Assembly: GCA_021793215.1 (NCBI GenBank)
Contig: JAJYTE010000004.1
Span: forward strand, 46,923-110,922
From: Bacillota bacterium
GTDB lineage: Bacteria > Bacillota > Sulfobacillia > JAJZYS01 > JAJYTV01
Direction: 5' to 3'
DNA length: 64,000 nucleotides
Shown here: positions 20,024 to 29,351 of the stretch, one piece after another
How positions within the stretch are numbered: the first letter of the stretch is position 1
How the letters are laid out: every line of letters begins with the position of its first letter
Program-made: the position numbers and the translations under genes
Notes under the pieces: generated by a model
The model's database searches: none
What the model saw: the letters and a program-made list of their open reading frames with translations, nothing else
Told to the model about the DNA's origin: nothing

Positions 20024-21650
20024 GCGCACTGCGCGCCGCATGGTGCAGACGACCAATCAGATCACGGGCGAGCGGCGCTGGATCGCTCTCGCCGCCGTGA
20101 TGATCTCGATGTTCTTCTCCGCGCTCGACCAGACCGTCGTGTCGACCGCGATGCCGGTGATCATCAGCGAGCTCAAGGGCTTCAACGTGTACGCCTGGGT
20201 GTTCTCCGCGTACATCCTGGCGAGCGCCGTTTCGGTTCCGATCTACGGCCGCCTCTCCGACATGTACGGCCGCAAGCCGTTCTACATCTTCGGGCTCGCC
20301 GTCTTCCTGATCGGATCGGCCGTGAGCGGCATGTCCACATCGATCGGCATGCTGATCTTCGCGCGGGCGATCCAGGGCTTGGGCGCAGGTGCCATGATGA
20401 GCATGCCGCGGGCGACGATCGGCGACATCTTCAACCCGCGCGAGCGTGGGCGCTGGATGGGCCTGATCATGGGCGTCTACGGCCTCGCCACGATCATCGG
20501 TCCCGCACTCGGCGGTTGGCTGACGGACAGCCTCAGCTGGCGGTGGGTCTTCTACATCAACATGCCGATCGCGCTAATCGCGCTCGGGATGGTCATCTAC
20601 GCCCTGCCGACCGTCCGCACCGACCACCGCCACCGCATCGACTGGTCCGGCAGCATCCTGCTCGCCGCGTTCCTCGTGCCCGTGCTGCTCGGTGTGACGT
20701 GGGGCGGCTCGACCTACGCCTGGGGATCGTGGCAGGAGATCTCGGTGTTCGCCTTCTCGGCCGTGATGCTCGTCCTGTTCATCTGGAATGAGCGCAGGGC
20801 CGACGAGCCGATCATCGCGCTGGAGATGTTCAAGAACGGAACGTTCACCTCGGCGATGATCGTAACGGTGATGGTGGCGATGGCGATGTTCTCCTCGATG
20901 CTCGTCCTGCCGATCTTCGTCCAGGGCGTGCTCGGAATGTCGGCCGAGAACAGCGGCTACCTGATGACCCCCCTGATGCTGAGCTTCATCGTAGCGAGCG
21001 TCATCGGCGGGCAGATCATCACGCGCACCGGCAAGTACCGGGCCCTCAACATCATCGGAGGCGTGCTGCTCGTCCTTGGCAGCTTCCTGCTCACTCGACT
21101 CACGGCCACCTCGCAGTGGTCGACCGTGATCGTCGACATGGTCGTGATGGGCCTGGGCATCGGCAGCCTGATGCCGTCCATGGGCACGGTCGTGCAGAAC
21201 CTCTTCCCCTACCGCATGCTCGGCACCGTCAACGCGACGCAGCAGATGGGCAACACGCTCGGCGGCGCGATCGCCTCTCCGATCCTTGGTTCGATCCTCG
21301 CGACCACCTTCGCGAAGCAACTGCCGCTGCGCCTGCCGGCACAGCTCGCGAAGCTGTTCAGCGCGCTGCCCGCCGCGCAGCGCAAGGCACTCGAGGATCC
21401 CCAAGGCGTCGTCAGCGTCCCGGGACAGAACGCCTTGCACCACCAGTTCCTCACGATGGGACCGCGGGGCGAAGCGATCTACCAGAGCTTCATCCACGCG
21501 GTGAAACTCGCGCTGACGTCGTCGGTACTGGAGCTCTTCTGGGTTTCGCTCGGCTTCGCCATCCTGGCGCTGATCGCCACCTTCGCCGTCCGGCACGTGC
21601 GGCTGAGCCAGCAGGAGTTCTTCACGGAGGAGAGCCCCGCGGAGTCGTAA
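19989..21650 (+). CDS. DHA2/MDR family (EmrB/QacA) MFS efflux transporter
   Basis: ALDQTVVSTAMP, GRLSDMYGRK, RAIQGLGAG, WRWVFYINMP; start TTG 19989 (good SD) or ATG 20040. Confidence 0.92.
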   Translation: MQNERAEVAERRRTARRMVQTTNQITGERRWIALAAVMISMFFSALDQTVVSTAMPVIISELKGFNVYAWVFSAYILASAVSVPIYGRLSDMYGRKPFYIFGLAVFLIGSAVSGMSTSIGMLIFARAIQGLGAGAMMSMPRATIGDIFNPRERGRWMGLIMGVYGLATIIGPALGGWLTDSLSWRWVFYINMPIALIALGMVIYALPTVRTDHRHRIDWSGSILLAAFLVPVLLGVTWGGSTYAWGSWQEISVFAFSAVMLVLFIWNERRADEPIIALEMFKNGTFTSAMIVTVMVAMAMFSSMLVLPIFVQGVLGMSAENSGYLMTPLMLSFIVASVIGGQIITRTGKYRALNIIGGVLLVLGSFLLTRLTATSQWSTVIVDMVVMGLGIGSLMPSMGTVVQNLFPYRMLGTVNATQQMGNTLGGAIASPILGSILATTFAKQLPLRLPAQLAKLFSALPAAQRKALEDPQGVVSVPGQNALHHQFLTMGPRGEAIYQSFIHAVKLALTSSVLELFWVSLGFAILALIATFAVRHVRLSQQEFFTEESPAES

Positions 21651-21671
21651 TCCAACCTGCGGCGACGAGAG

Positions 21672-21708
21672 GGCGGCCCGCTCCCGACCAGACCCAGAGC
21701 GGGCCGCC
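21672..21708. terminator. Hairpin between convergent MFS and hslU
   Basis: GGCGGCCCGCTC-N13-GAGCGGGCCGCC, 12-bp stem. Confidence 0.6.
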
Positions 21709-21757
21709 TTGCGCATTGTACGCGGAGCGCTCGCACCGGACGCTGCGACGACAACGA

Positions 21758-23122
21758 CTACAAGATGTAGCGCGAGAGCTCGGGGTTCGACGCGACGCCG
21801 CCGAGTTGCTTCTCCACGTAGGCCCTATCCACCGTCAACTGCGTGAAGCCCTTCTCCGGAGCGCGGTAGAGAACGTCCTCGAGGCAACGCTCGAGAAGGG
21901 TGTGCAGGCGCCGCGCACCGATGTCCTCCGTCTCCTCGTTGATGCGGTGCGCGAACTCGGCGATCGCCAGCACTGCGTCGTCCGAGACGTCGAGCTGCAC
22001 GCCGTCGGTCTCGACCAGCGCCTGGTACTGGTGCACGAGCGCGTGCTCCGGCTCCACGAGGATGCGGCGTAGCTCGTCGACACCGAGCGAGCGCAGTTCC
22101 ACCCGGATCGGGAACCTCCCCTGCAGCTCCGGGATCAGGTCCTGCGGGCTCGCGATGTGGAAGGCACCGGCCGCGACGAACAGGATATGCTCCGTGCGGA
22201 CCGGGCCGTACTTCGTGGAGACGGTCGTGCCTTCCACGATCGGCAGGAGGTCGCGCTGCACACCCTCACGCGAGACGTCCGGGCCCTGCGCTCCGTGCGA
22301 TGCCACCTTGTCGATCTCGTCGAGGAACACGATGCCCGACTGCTCGGTGCGGCGCACCGCCTCCTGCGCGACCTTGTCCTGGTCGATCAGGCGGTCCGCC
22401 TCCTGCACGCGGACGATCGGACGCGCCTCACGCACCGACATGCGGCGCTTGCGCGTGCGCTTCGGCATCATCTGCTGCAGCATCTCCTGCATCTGGTTCT
22501 GCCCCTCGCCGAGGAACGGAAGGCCACCTCCCTGGTCCTCCACCTCGACCTCGACCAACTCGTCCTCGAGCTCACCGCGGCGCAGCTTCTCCCGCAGCGT
22601 GCGCCGCTTCTCCTGGCGTTCCGACTCCGACATGCGCTCCTGCTTCGGCTGCTGCTCCTGCCGGTTCTGCTGTCCGAAGCCGAAGATCGAGGCGAACGGG
22701 TTGCCGGGTTCCGGTGGTTCGCCCACCATCAAGTCCACGAGCCGCTCCTCGGCCTGCAGCGTCGCGTCGGGCTCGATCTGGCGCCGCATCTCTTCCCGCA
22801 CCAGGCGAACCGCCACCTCGACCAGGTCGCGGATGATCGACTCGACGTCGCGCCCCACGTAGCCGACCTCGGTGAACCGGGTGACCTCCACCTTGGTGAA
22901 GGGCGCGCCGACGAGTCGCGCGAGCCGCCGCGCGATCTCCGTCTTGCCGACCCCGGTCGGGCCGATCATCAGGATGTTCTTCGGGGTGACCTCCTCGCGC
23001 AGGGCGGGCTCGAGGCGCTCGCGGCGCTCGCGGTTGCGCAGCGCGATCGCGACCTTGCGCTTCGCCTCCTCCTGGCCGATCACGAAGCGGTTCAGCTCCC
23101 GGACGATCTCTGCGGCCGTCAC
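21758..23122 (-). CDS. hslU: HslU (ClpY) ATPase subunit
   Basis: PKNILMIGPTGVGKTEIARR, TEVGYVGRD, FLDEIDK, PELQGRFPIRV. Confidence 0.97.
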   Translation of the reverse strand: MTAAEIVRELNRFVIGQEEAKRKVAIALRNRERRERLEPALREEVTPKNILMIGPTGVGKTEIARRLARLVGAPFTKVEVTRFTEVGYVGRDVESIIRDLVEVAVRLVREEMRRQIEPDATLQAEERLVDLMVGEPPEPGNPFASIFGFGQQNRQEQQPKQERMSESERQEKRRTLREKLRRGELEDELVEVEVEDQGGGLPFLGEGQNQMQEMLQQMMPKRTRKRRMSVREARPIVRVQEADRLIDQDKVAQEAVRRTEQSGIVFLDEIDKVASHGAQGPDVSREGVQRDLLPIVEGTTVSTKYGPVRTEHILFVAAGAFHIASPQDLIPELQGRFPIRVELRSLGVDELRRILVEPEHALVHQYQALVETDGVQLDVSDDAVLAIAEFAHRINEETEDIGARRLHTLLERCLEDVLYRAPEKGFTQLTVDRAYVEKQLGGVASNPELSRYIL

Positions 23123-23676
23123 CTCGATTCACCTCCCAGTTCCTCGACGTGGATGCGATCGTTCGTGTAGACGCAGATCTCGCTCGCGATCTGGAGACTG
23201 CGCTGCGCGACCTCACCGGCGGGGAGCGTGGTCTCGCGCGTCAGCGCGCGCGCCGCCGCGAGGGCGAAGTTCCCGCCGGAGCCGATCGCGGCGATGCCGT
23301 CGTCCGGCTCGATCACCTCGCCGGAGCCTGCGAGCAGTAGGACGTTCTCGCGGTCGCAGACGAGCAGGAGCGCCTCCAGGCGTCGCAGCATGCGGTCCTG
23401 GCGCCAAGCCCGCACGAGCGAGGCGGCAGCCTGACGCAGTTGGCCGTGCTGCTCGCTGAGCTGGCGCTCGAACGCGTCGAAGAGCAGAAGGGCGTCCGCG
23501 ACCGAGCCCGCGAACCCGCCGAGCACCTTCCCGTCGTAGAGCCTGCGCAGCTTGCGTGCTCCGTGCTTGACGATCGTCGCCTCGCCCATCGTCACCTGTC
23601 CGTCAGCGGCCATCGCTGCCGTCCCGCCCTTGACCACCGCGATCACCGTCGTGGATCGAAACAGCGGCGTTTCCAT
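23119..23676 (-). CDS. hslV: HslV (ClpQ) protease subunit
   Basis: STTVIAV, ADGQVT, GFAGSVADA, AIGSGG, ICVYTN. Confidence 0.96.
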   Translation of the reverse strand: METPLFRSTTVIAVVKGGTAAMAADGQVTMGEATIVKHGARKLRRLYDGKVLGGFAGSVADALLLFDAFERQLSEQHGQLRQAAASLVRAWRQDRMLRRLEALLLVCDRENVLLLAGSGEVIEPDDGIAAIGSGGNFALAAARALTRETTLPAGEVAQRSLQIASEICVYTNDRIHVEELGGESR

Positions 23677-23725
23677 TGGCTTCTTCCTTTCGTATCCCGT
23701 ATCGCAGGCGCCGGGGCCCGGAACG

Positions 23726-24592
23726 CTAGGCGCGCGGGTGCGCTTTCCTGTAGACGGCGCGCATGCGGCCGGCCTGCACGTGCGTGTAGATCTGGGTCGA
23801 CGAAAGGCTGCGGTGGCCGAGCAGTTCCTGCACCGACCGGAGGTCCGCCCCGCCCTCCAGAAGGTGGGTCGCGAAGGTGTGGCGCAGGCTGTGCGGGCTG
23901 CGCCGCGCGAGTCCGGCCTGCATCTCGTAGCGCGCGAGGATGCGCCGCACGCTGCGTGTCGTCAGCCGCCCGCCCCGGCTGTTCAGAAACAACGCGGGCA
24001 AGGAGCGGGCGATGCGCGGGCGACCCCTCTCAAGGTACGCGGCGATGGCAGCCTGGGCGGCGTGTCCGAACAGCACAATGCGCTCGCGCCCGCCCTTGCC
24101 CATCACGCGCGCTTCCCGCCCGTCGATGTCGAGGTCGCCGACGTCGAGGCCGCAGGCCTCCGAAACGCGCAGGCCGCTTGCGTAGAGAAGCTCCAGCAGC
24201 GCGAGGTCGCGCAGGCCGAGCGGCCCGCTCTGGTCCGGGCTCGCGAGCAGCCGCGCCGTTTCCTCAACGCTGAAGAACTGCGGCAGCCGCTTCTCAAGAC
24301 GCGGCCCCCGCAGGGTGAACAGCCAGTCCGGAACGCTCTCGCGCGCCCGGGCCCGCGAGCGCCCGAGCGCCTTCAGCGCCGAGAGGGCACGTGCGATCGT
24401 GCGGCGTGCCCGCCCGTCTCGCTGCAGTTTCGCAAGGTACGCGCGCAGTCTGAGGTGGGTCAGCTCCTCGCCTTCCAGGAACGCGGCCACTTGCTCGAGG
24501 TCCTGGCGGTACGCGCGCAGCGTGTGCACCGACGCGCCGCGAAGGCGCAGTTCCTGCTCCAGGCGGTCGATCGCCGTCGCGTCGACGAGCAC
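23726..24592 (-). CDS. xerC: Tyrosine recombinase XerC (CodV)
   Basis: RDLALLELLYASGLRVSE, GKGGRER, HSLRHTFATH, LLGH, TQIYTH; between topA and hslV. Confidence 0.92.
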   Translation of the reverse strand: MLVDATAIDRLEQELRLRGASVHTLRAYRQDLEQVAAFLEGEELTHLRLRAYLAKLQRDGRARRTIARALSALKALGRSRARARESVPDWLFTLRGPRLEKRLPQFFSVEETARLLASPDQSGPLGLRDLALLELLYASGLRVSEACGLDVGDLDIDGREARVMGKGGRERIVLFGHAAQAAIAAYLERGRPRIARSLPALFLNSRGGRLTTRSVRRILARYEMQAGLARRSPHSLRHTFATHLLEGGADLRSVQELLGHRSLSSTQIYTHVQAGRMRAVYRKAHPRA

Positions 24593-24605
24593 GCGCAATC
24601 CCTCC

Positions 24606-26705
24606 CTACTGCGCTTCCTGCGACTCTGCCTCTCCCGACATCGGCCGCCGATAGCCGCACTCCTTGACGCAGACGAGCTCTCCCTTGCCGCCCTTGCGCG
24701 GATACTCCACCAGGAACGCCCCACAGCTCGGGCAGCTCTCCTTGGTCGGTTTGCGCCATGTGCTGAACGTGCAGCTCGGGTAGTTGGCGCAGCCGTAGAA
24801 GCTGCGTCCGCGCCGCGAGCGCCGGGCGACGATCTCCCCGCCGCACTCCGGGCAGTTGGCGCCCGTTGGTTCGCGCAGCGGCTTCGTGTTCTTGCACTCC
24901 GGGTAGCCCGGACAGGCGAGGAAGCGCCCGAAGCGCCCGCGCTTGATGACCATCATGCGACCGCAGTTCTCGCAAGCGACGTCCGACACTTCCTCGGGCT
25001 GCTCCACCTTCGCGATCGCGCCCTCGGCCCTCGCGAGGTCCTTGGAGAACGGCTCGTAGAAGTCGCGCAGAACGGTCTTCCAGGCTGCCTCGCCGTCCTC
25101 GATCCGGTCGAGCCGCGACTCGAGTTCCGCGGTGAACTCTGGATCCACGATCTCAGGGAAATGCTCGCGCAGCATCTGGTCGACGATCTCCCCGAGTTCG
25201 GTGGGGTACAGCCGGCGTTCGCGCCGCTCGACGTACTCCCGGTCCTGAATCGTCTGGATCGTCGGGGCGTACGTGCTCGGGCGGCCGATCCCGCGCTCCT
25301 CGAGGGCCTTGACGAGGGACGCCTCGGTGTAGCGCGCCGGCGGCTCCGTCTCGTGCTGCTCGCTGGAGGACTCGAGGCACGCGCAGCGCTCTCCTTCGGA
25401 GATCTTCGGCAGCTCGCCACCGCCCTCGCCGGCCTCGTCGTCCTGCGTCCCCTGCAGCGCCAGGAACCCCTTGAACACGAGGACACTGCCGGAAGCGCGG
25501 AACGGGTGCTCCCCCACCCGCAGGCGCACCGTCGTCAGGTCGTACTCCGCCGGGCTCATAGAGCTGCCGAGGAACCGCTGCCAGATCAGTCGGTAGAGTT
25601 GGAGCTGCTCGCGCGACAGCGACTTCGCCACGTCCTCCGGCCGGCGCAGCACGGAGGTCGGTCGGATCGCCTCGTGCGCGTCCTGCACGCCTGCGCGTCG
25701 ACGCTCCTTGCGCTCCGTCGGCTGGGCGAACTCCTCGCCGTAGCTCTCGCGGATGAACTCTTCGGCGGAGCGGCGCGCTTCGTCCGAGACTCGGGTCGAG
25801 TCGGTGCGGATGTAGGTCACGAGTCCGACATGACCCTCGCCCGCCAGTTCCAGCCCTTCGTAGAGCGCCTGGGCGATGGCCATCGTGCGTCGCACGGTGA
25901 ATCCGAGCCGGCGCGACGCCTCCTGCTGCAGCGTCGAGGTGGTGAACGGCGGCGGCGAGTTGCGGCGGCGCCGCTTGCGCTCGACCTCCTCGACCGCGAA
26001 CTCCTTCCCCTGCACTTCCTGGGGCAGGCGCTCGGCGAGCGCCGCGTCGAGGATGCGGTGCCCCATCTCGCCATCCTGCTGGTAGCGCGCCTCGAACGAT
26101 GCGCCCTCCGGGGTGCGCAGCGTGGCGGTGCACGTCCAGTACTGCACCGGCACGAACGCCCGGATCTCCTCCTCGCGCTCGACGATCATGTGCACCGCGG
26201 CCGACTGTACGCGGCCGGCCGAGAGACCTGGCCGTACCTTGCGCCATAGCAGCGGGGAGAGCTGGTAGCCGACGAGCCTGTCGAGGATCCGCCGGGTCTG
26301 CTGCGCGTCGACAAGGTCGCGGTCGATCCGGCGCGCGTGCTTCAGCGCGCCCTTCACCGCGTCCTTCGTGATCTCATGGAAGACGATGCGCACGGGGGCG
26401 GACTCATCGAGGCCGAGCGCCTCCGCCAGGTGCCAGGAGATCGCCTCTCCCTCACGGTCGGGGTCAGTGGCGAGGTAGACGCGGTCGGACTTCTTCGCCG
26501 CCTCGCGCAGCTCCTTGACGACATCACCCTTGCCGCGGATCGTGATGTAGCGCGGCGCGAAGTCGTCGTCGACCGACACGCCGAGTTGGCTCTTCGGGAG
26601 GTCCCGCACATGACCCTTCGAGGCGCGCACCGCGTAACTGCGGCCAAGGAACTTCTCGATGGTCTTCGCCTTCGCCGGGCTCTCTACAATGATCAACGGT
26701 CGCAA
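24606..26705 (-). CDS. topA: DNA topoisomerase I with C-terminal zinc ribbons
   Basis: IVESPAKAKTI, ATDPDREGE, SAGRVQS, TYIRTDS, GIGRPSTYA. Confidence 0.98.
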   Translation of the reverse strand: MRPLIIVESPAKAKTIEKFLGRSYAVRASKGHVRDLPKSQLGVSVDDDFAPRYITIRGKGDVVKELREAAKKSDRVYLATDPDREGEAISWHLAEALGLDESAPVRIVFHEITKDAVKGALKHARRIDRDLVDAQQTRRILDRLVGYQLSPLLWRKVRPGLSAGRVQSAAVHMIVEREEEIRAFVPVQYWTCTATLRTPEGASFEARYQQDGEMGHRILDAALAERLPQEVQGKEFAVEEVERKRRRRNSPPPFTTSTLQQEASRRLGFTVRRTMAIAQALYEGLELAGEGHVGLVTYIRTDSTRVSDEARRSAEEFIRESYGEEFAQPTERKERRRAGVQDAHEAIRPTSVLRRPEDVAKSLSREQLQLYRLIWQRFLGSSMSPAEYDLTTVRLRVGEHPFRASGSVLVFKGFLALQGTQDDEAGEGGGELPKISEGERCACLESSSEQHETEPPARYTEASLVKALEERGIGRPSTYAPTIQTIQDREYVERRERRLYPTELGEIVDQMLREHFPEIVDPEFTAELESRLDRIEDGEAAWKTVLRDFYEPFSKDLARAEGAIAKVEQPEEVSDVACENCGRMMVIKRGRFGRFLACPGYPECKNTKPLREPTGANCPECGGEIVARRSRRGRSFYGCANYPSCTFSTWRKPTKESCPSCGAFLVEYPRKGGKGELVCVKECGYRRPMSGEAESQEAQ

Positions 26706-26754
26706 AGTTTGGCCTCCCAGTATTCAATCGGGCCGACGCCGGGCCGCTTGCCGT

Positions 26755-26784
26755 AGGATACTGCTGCAGGCTCGCCGGGCGCAA
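26755..26784 (-). promoter_or_regulatory. Putative sigma-A promoter of topA
   Basis: TTGCGC-N18-TATCCT. Confidence 0.45.
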
Positions 26785-26842
26785 TTCGCGTGAGGTTAAA
26801 CTATTTCCTCCCAGGGAACAATGACAGGCAGCGATTGACTCA

Positions 26843-26871
26843 TCGACAGCATTTCCTCAACCGAGTAAGAT
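26843..26871 (+). promoter_or_regulatory. Putative sigma-A promoter upstream of the riboswitch
   Basis: TCGACA-N17-TAAGAT ending a few nt before the aptamer. Confidence 0.6.
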
Positions 26872-26875
26872 GGAT

Positions 26876-27023
26876 CCATGCTGAATCGCCGCACGAGCGG
26901 CGTACGGGGGAACCGACCCTGCCATGGCGTAAAGCTTATGGCCGCCGGGTGAATCGCGCAAGCGACGGGCATTTCCCTTCTGCCCGAACCCAGAGCTAAC
27001 CCCGGAAGCGTTCTGAGGGGGTC
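26876..27023 (+). ncRNA. c-di-AMP riboswitch (ydaO/yuaA leader)
   Basis: Hallmark blocks GCTGAATC...GTACGGGGGAACC...GGGTGAATC...GGGC...GCCCGAACCC.GAGCTAACCCCGGAAGCG; lies upstream of a cell-wall hydrolase, a typical target. Confidence 0.92.
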
Positions 27024-27029
27024 ATTGGG

Positions 27030-27917
27030 TTGACGTTTCCGTGGAGCAGCAGCCGCCTCCGCCAACTGTTGATCGGCGGTGCGATGCTCGCAGTGTTCCT
27101 TCCACCTGGTATGTCTCATGCCTCCTATGGCCAAGAGGTCCTGCGGCAAGGCACGTCGGATCACACCGACGTCAGAGTCCTCCAGACGGTACTCGACCGC
27201 CTCGGCTACGGAATCACCGTAGACGGCGTCTTCGGACCGGGGACGCGCTACGCGGTGGAGTCTTTCCAGCGGGCCCACCACGTCACGGCGGACGGTGTCG
27301 TGGGCAACCTGACCTTCGTCGCGCTGGCGCAAGCGATGACCGGCGCGAGCCGCGGCGGTGACGCGCGTGGTGTCGCGTACACGGTGCAGAGCGGCGACAC
27401 GATGGGCAGCATCGCGGCCAAAGAGGGCGTTTCACTCATCGCCCTCGAGCAAGCGAACCCCCGCGTGAATGCAGCGAAGCTTCAGGTCGGCGTGACGCTG
27501 GTGATCCCGTCAGCCTCCGCCGCGACAAACCTTCCGTCTCCCTCCTCGCTCGGTCAGAAGCTCGTGGACGTCGTGATGAAGCTCGGCGGTGTACGCTACC
27601 TCTACGGCGGCGCCAGCCCGTCGATCGGCTTCGACTGCTCCGGCCTCGTATACTACGCCGCGCACCTCGTCGGCATCGATCTACCTCGAACGGCGAGCGA
27701 GCAGTACAATGCGGGCGTTCCTGTGCCGGCGGGCGACCTTCAGCCCGGAGACCTCGTCTTCTTCAACACGGACGGGTACGCAAGCCACGTCGGCGTCTAC
27801 ATCGGCGACGGCAGGTTCGTCCAGGCGGAGACGACCGGTACCGTGGTGCACGTCACGAGCCTCTCCCAGCCCTACTGGGCGAACAGTTTCATCGGCGCTC
27901 GGCGCATCTACAACTAG
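27030..27917 (+). CDS. Secreted cell-wall endopeptidase: PG-binding + LysM + NlpC/P60
   Basis: Signal-like N-terminus, VDGVFGPGT...FQR...ADGVVG, YTVQSGDTMGSIA, GFDCSGL...HVGVY. Confidence 0.93.
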   Translation: MTFPWSSSRLRQLLIGGAMLAVFLPPGMSHASYGQEVLRQGTSDHTDVRVLQTVLDRLGYGITVDGVFGPGTRYAVESFQRAHHVTADGVVGNLTFVALAQAMTGASRGGDARGVAYTVQSGDTMGSIAAKEGVSLIALEQANPRVNAAKLQVGVTLVIPSASAATNLPSPSSLGQKLVDVVMKLGGVRYLYGGASPSIGFDCSGLVYYAAHLVGIDLPRTASEQYNAGVPVPAGDLQPGDLVFFNTDGYASHVGVYIGDGRFVQAETTGTVVHVTSLSQPYWANSFIGARRIYN

Positions 27918-27929
27918 CGCGAAGGATCC

Positions 27930-27957
27930 GGGGCGGGCCGCAGCTGCGGCCCGCCCC
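27930..27957. terminator. Hairpin between convergent NlpC/P60 and rnhB
   Basis: GGGGCGGGCCGC-agct-GCGGCCGCCCC (one bulged base). Confidence 0.5.
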
Positions 27958-27964
27958 ATTCGCA

Positions 27965-28600
27965 TTACCCCTCGGCGCGCTCGGCCCCAAGCTCCCGGCA
28001 GAAGCTTCGTCGGTGCCACGGTGAGAGGCCGTGCGCGGCGATCGCCGCGAGATGCTCCCCTGCGCCGTACCCCTTGTTGCGCTCCCACCCGTACCACGGC
28101 CACTCCTGCGCGATCCGCTGCATCAACGCGTCGCGCTCGACCTTCGCGACGATCGAGGCGGCAGCGATCTCCGCGTAGAGTCGATCGCCCTTCGCGATCG
28201 CGATCTGCGGCAGGTCGCTGTCGGGCAACGCGAAGGCGTCGACCAGCAGGTGGTCGGGCCGCACGCCGAGGCGACCCAGCGCGCGACGCATCGCGCGCTG
28301 GGTCGCGCGGACGATGCCGATCCGATCGATCTCGCGCGGCGCGGCGTAGCCGACGGCAACGGCGACGGCGCGTGCCCGGATCCGCGGCGCGAGGCGGCGC
28401 CGCTGCAGCGGCGTGAGGCGCTTCGAGTCGTCGACCCCAAGGATGTCGAGGGGCTCGCGCAGGACGACCGCTCCGGCCGCGACCGGTCCCGCGAGGGCGC
28501 CCCGGCCCACCTCATCGACGCCGCAGAGCAGGTGGTAGCCCCACGCGCGCAGCTCCGCGCTGCGCGCAGTCTGTAGCGCCAAGCGTTCCTCAGGGCGCAT
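27965..28600 (-). CDS. rnhB: Ribonuclease HII
   Basis: GVDEVGRGALAGPV, DDSKRL, LVDA, AAASIVAKV, NKGY, HRRSF. Confidence 0.95.
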   Translation of the reverse strand: MRPEERLALQTARSAELRAWGYHLLCGVDEVGRGALAGPVAAGAVVLREPLDILGVDDSKRLTPLQRRRLAPRIRARAVAVAVGYAAPREIDRIGIVRATQRAMRRALGRLGVRPDHLLVDAFALPDSDLPQIAIAKGDRLYAEIAAASIVAKVERDALMQRIAQEWPWYGWERNKGYGAGEHLAAIAAHGLSPWHRRSFCRELGAERAEG

Positions 28601-29351
28601 CGGGGGGCCACTCCAGTTGCGCGGGCCGCAGTCGACCCGCGCGCAGATCCTGCAGTACGGTGCGGGCTGCGCGGACGAAGTCGAGTTCCCCGCCGCGCAC
28701 GAGCAGGTGCTGGCGCCTGGCGACCGCCTCCAAGGGGTCCTCCCCACCGACGGTCACGCCGTAGCGCGCCGCGGCCGGTCCCGGCACGGCAGCGAGCACG
28801 GCGCGCGCCGTCTCGTCCTCGTCGTAGTCCGCGTCGGGCACCAGCCCGATCGCGGCGGCGAACAGTGACGGACGGCGTGGCAGAATGCCAGGCAAGTCCA
28901 GCAGCGCCAGATCCCCCCGGCGGATCCACTGCTCCGCGCGCGTGACGCCAGGCTTCGCGCCGACGGCGGCGGAGCGGGTGCCCACCAGCCGGTTGACCAG
29001 CGTCGACTTGCCGACGTTCGGCATGCCGGCGATGAACAGGCGCAGGGGCGGCCGGCCCGTCTGACCCTCCAGCCATCGCAGGAGCGCCGCGGGCGGCGCC
29101 GTGAGCGCGTTCGTCACGAAGCACGGCTGCTCCAGCGCGCGGCTCCACGCGGCGGCGGCGGACCGGTCGGCGAGGTCCGCGTGGGTCAGGACGAGCGCCG
29201 CGGGTACGCTCTGCAGGAGATGTCTCAGGCGCGGCAAGCGCGACGAGGCCGGCGCACGGGCGTCCGCCACCTCGATCCACGCGTCGAGGTGGTGGCGCGC
29301 CTCCCGCAGCACGCTCTCCGCGCGCTGCATGTGCACCGGCATGCCGGTCAT
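28590..29351 (-). CDS. rbgA: Ribosome biogenesis GTPase RbgA/YlqF (divergent)
   Basis: EVADARAP, GMPNVGKSTL, PGVTRAEQW, DLPG; position between lepB and rnhB. Confidence 0.85.
   Translation of the reverse strand: MTGMPVHMQRAESVLREARHHLDAWIEVADARAPASSRLPRLRHLLQSVPAALVLTHADLADRSAAAAWSRALEQPCFVTNALTAPPAALLRWLEGQTGRPPLRLFIAGMPNVGKSTLVNRLVGTRSAAVGAKPGVTRAEQWIRRGDLALLDLPGILPRRPSLFAAAIGLVPDADYDEDETARAVLAAVPGPAAARYGVTVGGEDPLEAVARRQHLLVRGGELDFVRAARTVLQDLRAGRLRPAQLEWPPDAP

Noticed and set aside
23726-24592. Tyrosine recombinase as a mobile-element integrase
   Set aside because: It has XerC size and sits in the housekeeping topA-hslVU position.
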